A DNA stretch of 60,736 nt, filler included, from Jimgerdemannia flammicorona (lineage: Eukaryota): the NCBI GenBank assembly GCA_003990765.1. It is 3 parts of 3 records of this genome, joined end to end, with 100 filler letters (N's around TTAATTAATTAA, not from the genome) between each part and the next. Parts side by side here need not be neighbours in the genome. Positions count along the whole stretch, not along the records: positions 1 to 20,181 come from RBNJ01001741.1; 2 more parts are not named here. The stretch is one strand, 5' to 3'. Of the stretch, positions 1-13,081 are shown in pieces (the stretch's first letter is position 1; each line of letters begins with the position of its first letter). The translations under genes and the position numbers were made by a program. The notes beneath the pieces are model-generated. The model worked only from the letters and a program-made list of their open reading frames with translations, searched no databases and was not told where the DNA came from.

Positions 1-317
1 GGACTTGAGTTGAAAGATTGCAGTGAAACTTGCAGTCAATGGAATTCTCGCAATGATATTTGTGCAATATTGTTATGGGTCGTCCACTCGTCTGTTAACA
101 TTGGTCAAAATGATCATACTTGGCTCATACATCAACAGCACGTATTTTGGGGTACTGAATCCATCAACAGATACGACGCGAGCACTATAAGGCCAAGAAG
201 TTGATGAAAGCAGTAGTTGTATATCAATCGGAAGGTCGCTTATTATTAAATCAGTGAATTCAAAGTCTCCGTATTCGGAACTCTTTTAAGGCACATATCT
301 GTTATTGATAATTGCCG

Positions 318-420
318 ATTGCCGATGCATTAAGAATTGATGATTGCCGATGCATTAAGAATTGATGATAATTGCCGATGCATTAAGAATTGATGATAAT
401 TGCCGATGCATCAAGAACTG
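318..420. repeat. Tandem minisatellite, about 4 copies of a 25-28 bp unit (ATTGCCGATGCATTAAGAATTGATGATA)
   Basis: Read directly; lies about 130 bp upstream of the ATG at 551. Confidence 0.9.
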
Positions 421-550
421 TAATAATTTCAAACTGCAAACGGTGTAAAGAAAGAAAAACTCCTTAAAAGGCGCATCCAAAACATGCCACACATTGAATT
501 CACCATCCACACACTCTCCTATTAGCTCTTGCCTCCGTTGCAAACCAACA

Positions 551-1716
551 ATGACAAACTTCATCATCCTCCTTCTCTTCACTGTCCTATCCATTTTTAC
601 CTTCACGGCATCCGCCGAATTGCAAGACAAGCCATCTCCTTCCCAGGCGGCGGCCCTCGACACAACCTCTGCCACAATCGATGCACCAAACACAGATATA
701 ATGTCCAAAATAAAACTCGAATCTAACACCGATCCTTTGCAAGCTCAACCGGAAAATATGAATTCAGGCTACCAACCTTGGGCCGCCAACGACAATGGCC
801 TCCCTGCCGTTTCCACCGCGCAAGAAATCGGCGCCTCCAGCGACGACCTCTCTGTGAACTCTCTCCAAGACTTCGATCTCGCTCGCATCAGGTCCAGAAG
901 ACGAGGCGGCCGTCGCGGAAGGTTATCTCGATTCCGAGGGTCGAGAGGTCGGTTCCGCGGGCGCTGGTTCCGGCACGGTAGGCACAGGTTCTTTGGGCCG
1001 TGGAACCTTTTCCCGAGGAGGTGGAGGCGGTTCATGTTTGGCGGGAGGATGCATTTTTGCGCACCTTATGGTTTTGGGTAAGTGGACGGCATGCCAATTT
1101 CATTTTTTTTTTTTTTTTTTTTTTGGCATAAGGATTCACGATTAACCTGGTCTTGCTTCCTAACCGCTTCTTGACAGTTGGTATTGTCCCGATTACCAAA
1201 ACTACCTCCCACCTGTCGCCATGCAAATACCCGGTGAATGTATGTTGGCATTATTCATCCGTTTTCTGACGGCTCGAAACATATGCATCCTCCTAACTCT
1301 CGTTTCCAACTTTCGAAATTTCCCTTTGCATAACGTTAAAAGTCGTTATGCCTGTCGCTGGCATGATAGGCGCCCCCATGATGCAACCGGGTGTGATGAC
1401 AGGTTTGCATTTCTGTTCAGTGGAGATTTTTGGTTCGACTGGATAATTTTCTCCCTGCCGGTAGTGCATGCTTATTGCAGCCATCATTGAATCCATCGTT
1501 CGCATGTCCATCTTTCTCCTTAAAGGTGTCGTCCCCGGAGCTGGAATGATGCCGGAAATAATGGCTCCAGCAGGTACTCACTATAATTATCAGATGTTCT
1601 TCCCCGTTAAATTCAAGTGCTAAAAAAAAAAAAAAAAAAAAAAAAGGTCCTTAACAATAGTTACCTTCCTAACAACCCACGTACTAGATACCACTGACAG
1701 CGAAGATACTATGTGA
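551..1716 (+). CDS. Secreted prepro-protein: signal peptide, acidic spacer, Arg/Gly/aromatic-rich cationic segment, Met/Gly/Pro-rich tail (predicted 5 exons)
   Basis: ATG 551 gives MTNFIILLLFTVLSIFTFTASA (signal-like). GG|GTAAGT donor at 1078 and TTGACAG acceptor at 1177 continue the frame (FCAPYGFG-WYCPDY). Further GT-AG exons at about 1343-1402, 1526-1573 and 1688-1716. The 3' exons are less certain than exons 1-2. Confidence 0.7.
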
Positions 1717-2543
1717 AGAGACGTTAGGCTGATGCGAAAGTTTGAACATGTGAATCTTACCATGTAGACATAATTCAAGCGATGGATATTTCTTTGCTTT
1801 TGTTGCTGTCTTTCCGTTAGGCCTTAAATCTAATACGCCAGTCTATTTTAGGATGCTATGGAGATGTGGTTTTTTTTTTTTCAATAAAATTGACATATCT
1901 GAATAATGAAGCGAGCCAGGATCGTTGAATGCGAGCATATTCTTTGAAATCAAAGAATAATAGGAGAATTACCATCGCCAACGACGACACCAACGCAAGG
2001 TCGTAAAACAGGTTGTGGATTCCGATGGTGGCCATATGCCTTTTTATAATCTGCGACTTCCAAATCGAAATTCCCGTCTCCTTTTTTTTTATTTTTTATT
2101 TTTAATGATACTAGTGCGTTGTTCGTGCTTCGTCCTATTAGTTTGCTATACTACAGCTTCAAAAAAAAAAAACGGACGTCGGCATTACTGTTGTTATCAC
2201 AGATACACAATACGTCGTGAGCCACGGTATTTGCTTCAAGTCCAAAATGGTATTATTGCGCCTCGAACGATTTTCAACCATCACCAAATGCTTAGCACTG
2301 CACTTTGGAAACACCAATCAAAACATGCAAAAAACATATGAAGATCGGACGATGATCCGCATTTTTACGCGACTACATATGATGCACATGAGAGATTACA
2401 GCAACATTCCACCCCTAAAATCACATGCGGTCTCTACACTCCGGTGGATTATGCTCACTGACTGCAACTGCACAGCGCTCTTTCCAAACGCATCCGCAAG
2501 GCTTTCTTTCTTCCTCGCTACCTTCAAACCCTCACATCCCAGA

Positions 2544-3245
2544 ATGGAACAACGTTCTGACAGCACGGAGCCACGGCCCGACACTTCACGTCCCGCTACC
2601 CCTCGCAGTTTGAAAGGGTCATCACCCATAAGTCGTATCTTCCATCCTATCAAATCCAACACAAATCTCAACACCAGCATGTCGCCATCCAGCCCCAAAC
2701 ACATCATCAAGAAACTTGATATTGCCGTCAACCGCGACAATGGCTTCTCCTTCAACACCACGCCCCCACCTCCCCTACCTCCCCCAATGCCCTCCCCAAC
2801 TGATACCTTCAAACCACGTTTTTCTCCAGATCCGGAGGACTCCCTCCTGCGCATGGGCTCCATCCCGCTGGGCTTTGGGAGTCGCAAGCGCAAGTCGTCG
2901 CAACCGTCTACACAATCTCAGATCCGGGAAGGCTCGTGGTTTGACCCTCCAACACCTCGGAACTCTCTCGACAGCGAAGACGAGATGCCGCCGCGCATAG
3001 CGTCGAGGAACAGCAAGAGAAGGGGCCCCCGTGCCAGGAATGATAGCGAAACCACGCTGGGGAGGAGAAGGGGGACAAAGGAAGGGGGTAGGCCCGGCGT
3101 TAACGAGGGACAGGAGAGTATTACCGGAGAAAAGACGACGGAGGAGAGGCCGAAACGTTGGTTGAGTGTGCTCCTTCGCCAGATGAAGCGACGTTGCCGT
3201 ATCACAGTGCGTATGAGACGGGATGGTGGTGCGCCGTTGAGATGA
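2544..3245 (+). CDS. Hypothetical Ser/Pro/Arg-rich low-complexity protein
   Basis: Long open frame with coding-like GC; MEQRSDSTEPRP is the likely start. No recognisable domain. Confidence 0.45.
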   Translation: MEQRSDSTEPRPDTSRPATPRSLKGSSPISRIFHPIKSNTNLNTSMSPSSPKHIIKKLDIAVNRDNGFSFNTTPPPPLPPPMPSPTDTFKPRFSPDPEDSLLRMGSIPLGFGSRKRKSSQPSTQSQIREGSWFDPPTPRNSLDSEDEMPPRIASRNSKRRGPRARNDSETTLGRRRGTKEGGRPGVNEGQESITGEKTTEERPKRWLSVLLRQMKRRCRITVRMRRDGGAPLR

Positions 3246-4477
3246 TGACGAAACATCGGCAACGGGTAAATGGGATGGGCCACATTGTCATGTGGGTAAA
3301 TCGAAACTTAGGTTCATTATCAGGTCAGATATCATCTTGTATAAAGCGGCTCCAGCTGTCAAAAAATTACGCAATAGTGTTTGAGCGAATCAACACGCAA
3401 ACGTTAAACATTAGCGCCAAAAAAACGACCATCATCTCACAAGATTACATGGCTGACAGATTACATAGCTGACAGTAGTTATCTAAGCGCATGGTTAAGA
3501 GTAAGGATGTATCATAAAAGTGTAAAATCAAATAAAGATGTGAACACGGACAGATCGAATCCTATATTCGTCCAATAGCAATACAGCTTTACGAATACGT
3601 GCTCCAGCCAACCGGGCACTCCTTTTGCGTCGGCCGTCTGAACTGCAGGGCCCGGAATTCGTCCGCGACGTGGTATTCATGTTCCGGTAGAAGCGGCAGG
3701 CGCGTGTCGTTGCACATCTGCTCCAGCTGCGCACCCGAGATTAATTCACTCTGATGGCAGCGGTGACTCAGGGGTTGCATCAGAACCTCTTTGCACAGGA
3801 TGAGCGTCAGTGAAAAGCGAAACGATAGGATCATCGGGAAGTCTACGTCGGTGAGGAGACAGTAGTGAATGGGGTCTTTCGAAGATCGTAGTGGTTGTGG
3901 TTCTTGATGCCTTTGAGATGTTGGATAACGCAGAAAACGGAGGCGGGAATTGAATTGGTCTGCAGGTGGTGTGGCTTTGGCCCGCTGGTCAGTGAATTCG
4001 ACATCGGGTTATTGATAGCGTTAACGTGGACGGGAAAGTGGAAAGTTGGTACGAATCAACGGTGGCGGCAAATACGTTATCTATGTTCGATGCGGCCTAA
4101 AAATAGCGGAACGCAATCTTTTTTATGCTTCTTATTCAATGGTCAATGTCATACCAGAAGGAGACATGAGTGGATCACGTATGTGAACACTTCATCGCAA
4201 GATAGCCTTTGTGCGGAGCAATGGTAAGTGGCGCGGCCGACATTACATGGAAAACGCGTTTGTATGAGAATATAGGTTATATTGTTGCTTGTTAAAGTGG
4301 ACGTAATTAGCTTGTGTGGATTTCATATCTTCCACGGAAGCTGACGATACGAAAAGATGGCCAAACTATCATACAAACATTGAGTGGTAGAAATGCTAGG
4401 TATTGTACATAGCGTATTCATTTACAATAAGCCGAACAGTTGCACGTTGTCACATGCATCGACCTTATGGGCTAATT

Positions 4478-5678
4478 TTAACCCTTAACATCCATCCTAT
4501 CATTCACGTTTTCATCACGCATCTCGGGATCTTCCAGCTTCTTGGCAGCTTCTCTCTGAAGAAATTGCAACGTGAAGGCAAGAATAACGGCAAAGGCACA
4601 GAATACAGCATTAGCAGAGTGGCCTGGAATGTAGCGAGGCCCATCGGAGGATGGGTAGAGTTGCGCACCGTAGACCGAAGACAGGTTCTGAAGAGAGGTG
4701 AGAAGACCATTTCAAAATCGGTCAGTCGCATCAATAATAAAAGTGTCTGCTTTGTAGCGGAGAAAATTCCTTCAATAAACTCACCCCAATCATGTTCAAG
4801 GTGGAGATAGCGACGGCGCGCTTCTCGTCAGGCTCGCTGATGATGTTCTGTGTCCACGACAAGATCGTGGGGACGGCACTCCAGATACCGGCGGCGCACA
4901 GGAAAATGGCGAAGTAAAGCACGGAGCTATTGGTCACAGTCGCGTTCAGGATGAAGCCGATCATCGCCACCGTCATTGGCACCACGATGTGCCACATGCG
5001 CTCCTTCTTCCGGTCAGAGTGGATCGCGTTGATGAGCGCGCAAACGACGGCGAAAAGGTACGGAGGGGCGGTCTATGGGTAAATGACAATGGTGAGATGA
5101 TTCGTGGTAGAATGAAATGGTTCGTTGTAAAAATGATGTACTGATTGCTTACCATGAGCTGCGCGGTCGTTGAAATGTAGCCCAAGTTCTTGACCAAGGT
5201 TGGCATGAAGTACGAAATTGTACCGGCAGTGACATTCATCTGTGAAGATCATTAAAAAAATGGTTGAGTCTTCTATAAATACTCACATGAATGAAGGGTG
5301 CGACACCGTATATTTTATCAACATACTTACCATGTAAAGGGGACTATTGATGCCGAGACGAGACATTAAGAAGAGCGACCGTGGAACAGAGGTTATTAGG
5401 AAACTTGCGTGTAGGGGCGAAATGAATACGTTAGCTGATATACATACACGAGAAGATAAATGTGCCAATCCTTGAGAACGGCAATAATTGACCGGAAAGA
5501 CCATTCGGATTTGTGTTCGACCGCAACCCTCCCTTCGAGCAGGCGCGCCGTAGCAAAATTTCGCTCTTCATCAGTCAACCACTTTGTAGTGCCTGTGTGG
5601 TGTAAAATGATAATGACGACGATAAAGGACAATTTCATTTTTGCGATTCGCGCGATTGGAAAAGTTGAATTGAGGAAG

Positions 5679-5709
<31 letters not shown>

Positions 5710-6908
5710 AAGACAGGTGAAAACGTACTGGGAAAATCGGGCAGGATGAACACAGCGATGATGGCCACGATAACGGTGGCCAAGCCTTCGATAAGAAAGA
5801 GCCAGCGCCACGGCGCTAGACCACCAGGGGAATGTGAGAGACCGTCCGTGATACCAAATGCCTAAGAGATAACTTGTGAATCAGCAAAAAACAAGCATTA
5901 TGCACGATTAAACATAAGTATATGTACTTACCAGCAAACCGCCAAAAGCACCGCTGATTAATGAACCACAGTAGAAGATAGCGGTTCGGATCGCGAGTTC
6001 GTGCTGGTGTAATAGAGGGAGATATAAGGTGAATGTTATTTCGATGTCAATTGATAATACAGCTTGGACATCAATGCGTTTCACATAATTACCTTCTTAT
6101 ACCAGCTGGAGAGAAGGAAAAGACAACCAGGGAAGAACCCGGCCTCGGCGACACCTATATTATGAGCATCCATCAATCGGTGCAAGTGAAGATATAGCCA
6201 AGCATGCTGCCATTTGCGAATTACACCTACCCAAGAAAAACCGAGCCGCCATAAGACCTTCAAAGTTCTGCACAGCAGCCATGGCCATTGAAATGCAAGC
6301 CCTATTGGTATCAAGCGCAGGTAAAGTCGATTCAGTACACCGAGTAGTTATTAATTTGAAAGTGAACGTAAGCTATGAGAGGAAAATACCACTTACCAGA
6401 TAAACATGATGCTGGGAATATAAAGCGAAGGCCTAGTCTTGGCCAGCAAGAGATTGCTTGGTACTTCGAGGATGATGTAGCCGAAGAAAAAGATGGACAA
6501 GGACCAGTTGTATGCGTTTCCGTCCAGGTGGAGGTCGGCTTCCATTCCAGCGATACGAGCTATATTTATTCACCGAACGAAAAGAAAAAAAAACGGGTGA
6601 GTTTCCTATTGCTTCGTAAGGAGTTTTATCGATGCGTCAAAAACAAGACTATTCACATACCATTGCCTATGCTAGATAATAATGAAAGGAATAAAAAGAG
6701 GGACATAGAGGTATCAGCAAAACATATAGACATACGCCTGAACAATGGGGGAAAAAAAAGGGGGTTGTTTTGTATCGCTTACTCACTTCGTGCGATCCAT
6801 ATGATTCAAGATATACATTATGAGCAATATAGGCAGGAGCCTTAAATCGATCTTGCGCACGAGCTGGCGCTCAAATTCCTCCCTGTTCTCAATAGATGTA
6901 TCGGCCAT
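4478..6908 (-). CDS. MFS transporter, anion:cation symporter (allantoate/nicotinate permease, Dal5/Tna1-like) family; multi-exon
   Basis: Spliced exons give RKIDLRLLP..MDRTNIGNARIAGM, FFFGYIILEVPSN, ARFFLGVAEAGFFPG..LSSWY, PWRWLFLIEG, ILPDFP, KRAVAI and YPSSDGPRYIPGH. GT-AG introns; stop TAA at 4478-4480. Confidence 0.92.
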
Positions 6909-7240
6909 ATCCAACGTCGCTTCGTAAAGGTGTCGTTTGTATGTGTGTGCGTTAAATAAAGCACAAAGACGCGGATCGTCATAGCCGTCAATTTTATGCT
7001 CTTGCGAGCAATGTCAGAGTCGTAGCCAAACGTGGAAAAGGGAATTTTGGACTCCAGTTCCTTTGTGCAGCGGCCGACGTTCGGCATGCTCAGCCCAGTA
7101 TTTTTATCACCGGCTCAGCCATGCCACGCATTCTGTCTAGCCTGTTTGACTACTTGTGCGGATTCTGTGGACCAGACTGAACGTTTAGTTTCTCTTTGCC
7201 TTCCCTCGTATGTGTAACACATATACTGGATCTTTATTAC

Positions 7241-8806
7241 ATTCAGCAAAATGTCTGACCCGATACACTCAGTATTTCTGAAAACAGCGGTCATTATTTC
7301 CGGCCTTCCAGCCACATGCGTTAGTCGAGCACAAGAGAAATGAACTTCTAATTTGCAATTGTGATTCCATGTGCTAGTGCTACTAATGTGAAACAATAGA
7401 TATTAATATCTATGTTTGTTACATAAACTTCTGACACATATTTTTGGGGGAAAATAGAGGGAATGTGGCATTGCCAACTACTGACTGTCGGTAACCCCTG
7501 CTTGACCAATCTATAAGCCTGAATTTGCGCTATTTTAGGAAGATCTGTCCGATATGTTGAGTGTACGTTTGACAAGCATAATATTTTTACAAAGGTTTCG
7601 ATTTGAACATGATAATGGGGGGACCGGAAAATCTTACCTAAAAGTCAATAAAAAAAATGGTTGCATGTCTTCGACGACTATTCTTCGTGGCAATTTCAGG
7701 GTTAGATTACACACGTACGTAACAATAGCAGCGGCGTTTAATATTATCCGCCAAGGAGCTAGCAGTAGACCGCCGAACCGAAATTTGCATATCTGATTAT
7801 TGTGATACACTAGCTTAGGTGTATATACTTTCCATCAAAATCCACAAGGTATATATATCTTTCAAGTGGCCCAATCATAATCGCCACTTCCAAGGAACTT
7901 GTTTAGTAGATCCGGCAACAAAAAAAAAAAAAAAAAAAATGTGTGTAGCCTTTCGAAAAGAACCCAACCCATTGTTATGGAGGGGGTCATGTGTCATATA
8001 CAAAGTCGACAAACCTAAGGAAAAAGTATGCCAAGTTGGAAACCCTCCCCGAGATTCAGCAAGAAGTTTGCTCCGACACGCTCAATATTTCTGACAACAT
8101 AGCTGGCATTATTTCTGCTTCTCCACCCAAATACGGTAGTCGAACGCAAGAGAATGGATTTCTGTTTGTTACGTAAACCTCTGACAAATCATTTTTTGGG
8201 GGAGAGAATGTGGCATTGCCGGGTCGATTTGAACAGGCAGCGACAGTCTGTTTTCAATCGATATCCCACGGTGATTCCTGCTCGAAAAGTCAGTTGACCA
8301 ATCTGATAAGCCTGAATTTGGGCTATGTTTGGAAGATCTGTGTGATAGACAAGCATAATATCTTTACCTGAATGGCAATAAACAAAATGGTTGCATGTCA
8401 ACGACCTTTGCGGAATCACTTCGACGGCAATTCTTCACATGCACATAAACAAAGCGGCTTTTCAGGGATAACAGCAACGTTCAAGATAACCCGCAAAGGA
8501 GCTAGTGGTAGACCATAGAAGATTTGTCATGAAGCTGTTTAGGTTCGCCGATTGTGATATATACACTAGCTCGGGTATACTTTCAGACCACCCGCCATCA
8601 AAATCCACAAGTTATATTCTTTTCAATTGGCCCAATCATAATCGCCGGTTCCAGGGAGCTTGTTTATCGATGAGCTGTAGATCCGGCAACAAAAAATATA
8701 TATAGCCTCTGACCAAGAATTTAATATTTATGTAGGGGCCACGTGTTATATATCCAAAGTCGACAAACCTAAAAATCTTGGAAAAAGTGTGGCAGTTGGG
8801 AACCCT
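7241..8806. repeat. Diverged tandem duplication of an ~800-bp non-coding unit (7241-8046 and 8054-8806)
   Basis: Collinear shared blocks, e.g. TTGACCAATCT..TAAGCCTGAATTTG, GGCCCAATCATAATCGCC, GTAGATCCGGCAACAAAAAA, CAAAGTCGACAAACCTAA. Confidence 0.85.
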
Positions 8807-9876
8807 TACAGAAAAGTGTGCCAGCCCTCCCGTTCGCTGTGCTCGGACGCAAGAATACTACGAAAAGTGCGAACACCAGTTTGGGAAACGGCGTTCGCGC
8901 AGCTAATACATATTTCCCATACACATGTGTGTGCATAGCCTCGATGTACATCTCCAACCAGACAAATGGGTTGTATCCCACATCTCTCGTTTTGTATATA
9001 TATAGTGGCAAATGGGCGTTTTTTTTACCACGAACAGTTTGTGTGCAAATAAACGAAGATAATTTGGGCCTGCGGGGAACTATGTGGGCAGGGACCCCAA
9101 TAACAAGGACGGAAGGTAAAAATTCCGCTGTTACTGTTTCAACAAAGCGACCGGAAGGTTTGTGACCTTTTTGGTGATTGTCATTGCCAACTCAGCGAAT
9201 TTGACGCTTGCAATTTATTCCATGCCTAACTCTTACCTATTTCCATGCTTGTGCCACTACAACCGTGTTTTGTAAATATTACAGGATACATTTTGCGCCG
9301 AAACCGCGGCGATGACAACCCCACCAATTTTCAGAGCCGGTTCCACAACCTGTAACAAAGGCGCGAACAAGGGCGGTCTGGGGTGGACTAATACAATAAG
9401 GAATCGCTAAAAATGTGATACACAAAAGGTTTACAAAAGGCCGCGTCTAACCAATTGCGTGAACTCACAGATAGACACACGATCCGTGTGCGTATGTTAT
9501 AATGTTTATTCACTACTCACACCTAACTCAATTTCCCTCTAGGATGTTTCTTCCATACAAGGGTGGAGGAAGAGAGCTGGCGAGACAAAAGCGAGGTTTC
9601 TATGCAACACTCGAGATTAATATTTCTATAACTGTTATGTGAACACCGCTTGCATGCAATATATTTTATACGGCAAAATTTCCAATGCCCCGACATCCAC
9701 CGTCGCTAACATTCACCATAACTTTGATCCGAACGCATATAGAACGCCGAAGCAAGTGTCTAGCTCAAACTGCTACGGGTGGCGCCGCCAACACGACATC
9801 ACGTGTACGTCGGGTGTAGCCTGGGGTGGGTTGCGGAAGACGCGCATGAGCCCGGTGGTCGGGGCCTGAGCAGATC

Positions 9877-10842
9877 TTAAAAGTGGGGCGGCATGCACGG
9901 TGATGCGGCATCTATCACGTACTTCCTAGTGTTCTCGGACCGTGCTTCGACAGGTCGGAGTGTTGTTTCCAAGTAGTGGGGGTGTGGCGCCGTCCACGTA
10001 GGCGTGGACACGGGCGTGGGCACAGGAGGGGGCACAGGTGGACGAATAGTTGCGACTGGATGTTTGTGATTGAAGAAAAGAGATTGTGAATCGGTCGTGC
10101 CAAAAGCGCTATGATATTCCCCGCTACCCATCCCATTTATACCTTTTGCAAGATCTTGACCAGCAAGATACGCAAGTAAGACGCGGAGCTTCTTGATATT
10201 GTTGGTGTATGCCTCCGGCTCGTTTGACAGTATTCGAACACTGATCAGTTGGGGAAGAGGGGGATCGTCCAGTTGTGTAGGTAGACCATGCGTTTCAAAA
10301 TGTCTGACGAAGTCGTTCACGTCGATTTTGGGGTATCCGTCAAGAAGATGATACGTCTGACGGAAGTAACCAGTGTCATTGTCTCGGTATTCTCCGAACG
10401 TTGGCGGTATGTTGTCAAATTTCTGCTGCAATCCGAGCGCTAAGACGAAGATCTCCAGGTGCCGGGAAAGCCGCTCTATAAGTTGCTCCTCCATCGCCAG
10501 CGAAGAATTGTGGTGGAAAGAAAGTTCAAGGTGCTCGATGCTGTGACCAAAATGATCGAGAAGTTCGAGGATTCCTAATTCCGTAAGGGAAACTCCGTCC
10601 AACGTCAGCACCTTCACAGCATCACAACGAATAATTTTGGGAACGAGGTTGGCAACCACTTCATCGGTGATGGTGTGATCGTCATTGGGGAATAGTATGT
10701 TCCGCCAAAGTGTTGGCGAGTTGAATGTAAGCGAATGAAGCTGCTTACAGGTCGAACTTAAGTTCACGCGAGATCGTAGAGGAAGGTACGATAGGACTTC
10801 CAGCAATGTTTCTGCGGAGAGCACAGTCAAGGAAGAATTCAT
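9877..10842 (-). CDS. F-box domain protein (intronless)
   Basis: N-terminal LSAETLLEVLSYLPLRSRVNLSSTCKQLHSL..PTLWRNI fits the F-box consensus. It is followed by LRR-like LxxLxL segments and a Pro-rich tail. Confidence 0.85.
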   Translation of the reverse strand: MNSSLTVLSAETLLEVLSYLPLRSRVNLSSTCKQLHSLTFNSPTLWRNILFPNDDHTITDEVVANLVPKIIRCDAVKVLTLDGVSLTELGILELLDHFGHSIEHLELSFHHNSSLAMEEQLIERLSRHLEIFVLALGLQQKFDNIPPTFGEYRDNDTGYFRQTYHLLDGYPKIDVNDFVRHFETHGLPTQLDDPPLPQLISVRILSNEPEAYTNNIKKLRVLLAYLAGQDLAKGINGMGSGEYHSAFGTTDSQSLFFNHKHPVATIRPPVPPPVPTPVSTPTWTAPHPHYLETTLRPVEARSENTRKYVIDAASPCMPPHF

Positions 10843-11355
10843 AAGTGAGGATGTATTGTGGCAAAAAGTGGATCAAGAGAGATGACGGCCTGTGCGAGCG
10901 AACAATCTTTTATGGGCCGTTGTTGAGCGAGGAGGCTGCGATGTTGTTTATGGGGATGCAAGCTTGTTTGCGTGAGAAAGGGTCTTGAATAGGGCGGAAT
11001 GGCTTACCTGACCGGCACATGCCACTTTGGCTAATGTACCACGCAACACGCGTTCCTGTTCCCAGCTGCTTACTTGAGCAAGAGCTCCCTGACAGATTTG
11101 TGACGGTCCTGACCACCCTGGGCTCGTAATGGAAAGCTCTGCATAATCGTCCACCACAACACTCCGGCATAACAATAAACAACCGAGCGGAAAGCCGTGG
11201 TTATGTAAAAAACAAGGGCCCTATTCTAACGACGAGGGTTTGATCGGCGATGCAGTGGATCTAACCGGAAATGGACCGGAGATTGATCATCTATTTACTG
11301 GCGATAACCAGTTACCATTGTTTGGAGGGGCCCCACAACCTGAGTCCGGTCCCCG

Positions 11356-11414
11356 GTCGCGTCGGAGAACTAGTTGCGGGATACCCGTCGCGTCGGAGAA
11401 CTAGTTGCGGGATA
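11356..11414. repeat. 28-bp direct repeat x2 (GTCGCGTCGGAGAACTAGTTGCGGGATA)
   Basis: Exact duplication about 500 bp upstream of the F-box gene start. Confidence 0.9.
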
Positions 11415-13081
11415 TAGACTATATCTCTCATCTGAGACCAGAGCGGCAGACTACTGTATGTAGACGTTAGTACCTGCACAAAGTAGTCGCCTGATAACTT
11501 TCACGGACATAAAAAATCGAAGTTCTTGTTGAATAAAAGCTTTGCTACTGGAGGATATCCTTTATTTACTTAATACGATAAATCTCCGCAAAAATGTGTT
11601 TTCATGTGGCTCACCAAATCACCGACCCGGTTTCTTTCCCATGAAACAGTAATTTTGCAATGACCCCACGTGGAACTGATTTGATACCTATTCAGACCCT
11701 AAAATCGGGTAAACAAATAGGCCATTCCAATATCACATGCTCATTATTATACCTATTAAGACACGTCTACCTCTCGTCAAAGGAGAATGGTGTGGGAATC
11801 ATTCCTTCCTTAACCGACACACGCCATGACCCGGCATGTGCTGTCAACAGTGAGTGAACGCCCGTCAACAGAACGGGCAGCGTGACTCGGATTTGGGAGA
11901 CGGAGGCTGTGCGGCGCGGCACGGTCCATCTAATAGGCAGAAGCGGGGCAAGTTTGCTCGACTTTACTATTTGGAGTAACCGAGGGCCATTAAACACTAG
12001 GATCCGAGAAAGGAAAAAAATATTAGGGAAACAGTTTTCTAAAGCCACATGCGGTAATTGATATAAAGGATTAATATGCCAAAAGGACAAGCAATGTTAA
12101 TGGAATGATAACTGAGATAGGTCTTTGATAAGTTTCTTTTAATTCTCCTCAATCCTCGTCGTCATCCTGCATCTCTTGTTGGTCTCTAGGAATAAAATTT
12201 AAGGGGTTGATCATGGGAGTTGGAACTGTTCTATGACAGTAGAGTACGTACCCTTGCCCCTAGCAATGGCGAGGGGTTTACCGTTATTGTAGATCGGTGG
12301 GGTGTACCGCTCGCCACGGCAAACGTGTTCCAGCGGAAGAGATTCTCGATACGATCAGGTGTTGGGGTACAAGAGTGATAAGGGAGACGAAAATGGTAGT
12401 GCGGATATGAGAACGGAGTTCGATGAAGGCGGAGAAATGAGGAGGATGCATAGCACTTAAAAATTCAAGGGGCGAAGAGCGGGTGTTTGAGGTCGCGTAT
12501 AGTTTGTGGCGGTTCTGGGGGCTACTCCGAAAGGACATGTTTCGGGGGGAGAGGGGATTTATCATACCCTATTTTCAGGGGGCGGCGCTGCATTGGAGTA
12601 CACAGGGGGGCTTCTGAGGGGTCCTTGGTGACAGAGTTCACCGATCCTGTGCGCCCTGAATTCATATCGGGCAACGTATTTCAATTTAGCCATTTCCTGT
12701 TTGAAGGTTACATGTTAATGCTTCAATGAGGCATGCCAATCTGGCTTATTGATATGTATTCCTCTCTGCAGATTTGCAATTTTGCTGAACAAAATACATA
12801 GATGTTTGCAGGACCCCATTTTCGGATGTAAAGCTGTGTTCGATAAAATGGTACCAGTATCCACTCCTCTTTAAAAACAAAAACAAAAAACAAAACAAAA
12901 ATATGTAACAATCGTATAAGGTATTTGGTCAAAATTCGCAGTATATTATTACAACATTAAGTGGTCGGTCTATGAATCACATATTATCTTGTGCTAAGCT
13001 ATAGCAAGAGTGCTTATGTTTATGAGAACTGCACCGGTGGTATCTTCATTTTAAAATTGCCCGAATCAACGTTGTCAACGC

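Noticed and set aside
318..420. CRISPR-like array
   Set aside because: Repeats are directly tandem with no unique spacers, in a eukaryotic context with no cas genes.
3528..4227. Short ORFs between the Ser/Pro-rich gene and the transporter
   Set aside because: No recognisable domain or convincing exon structure.
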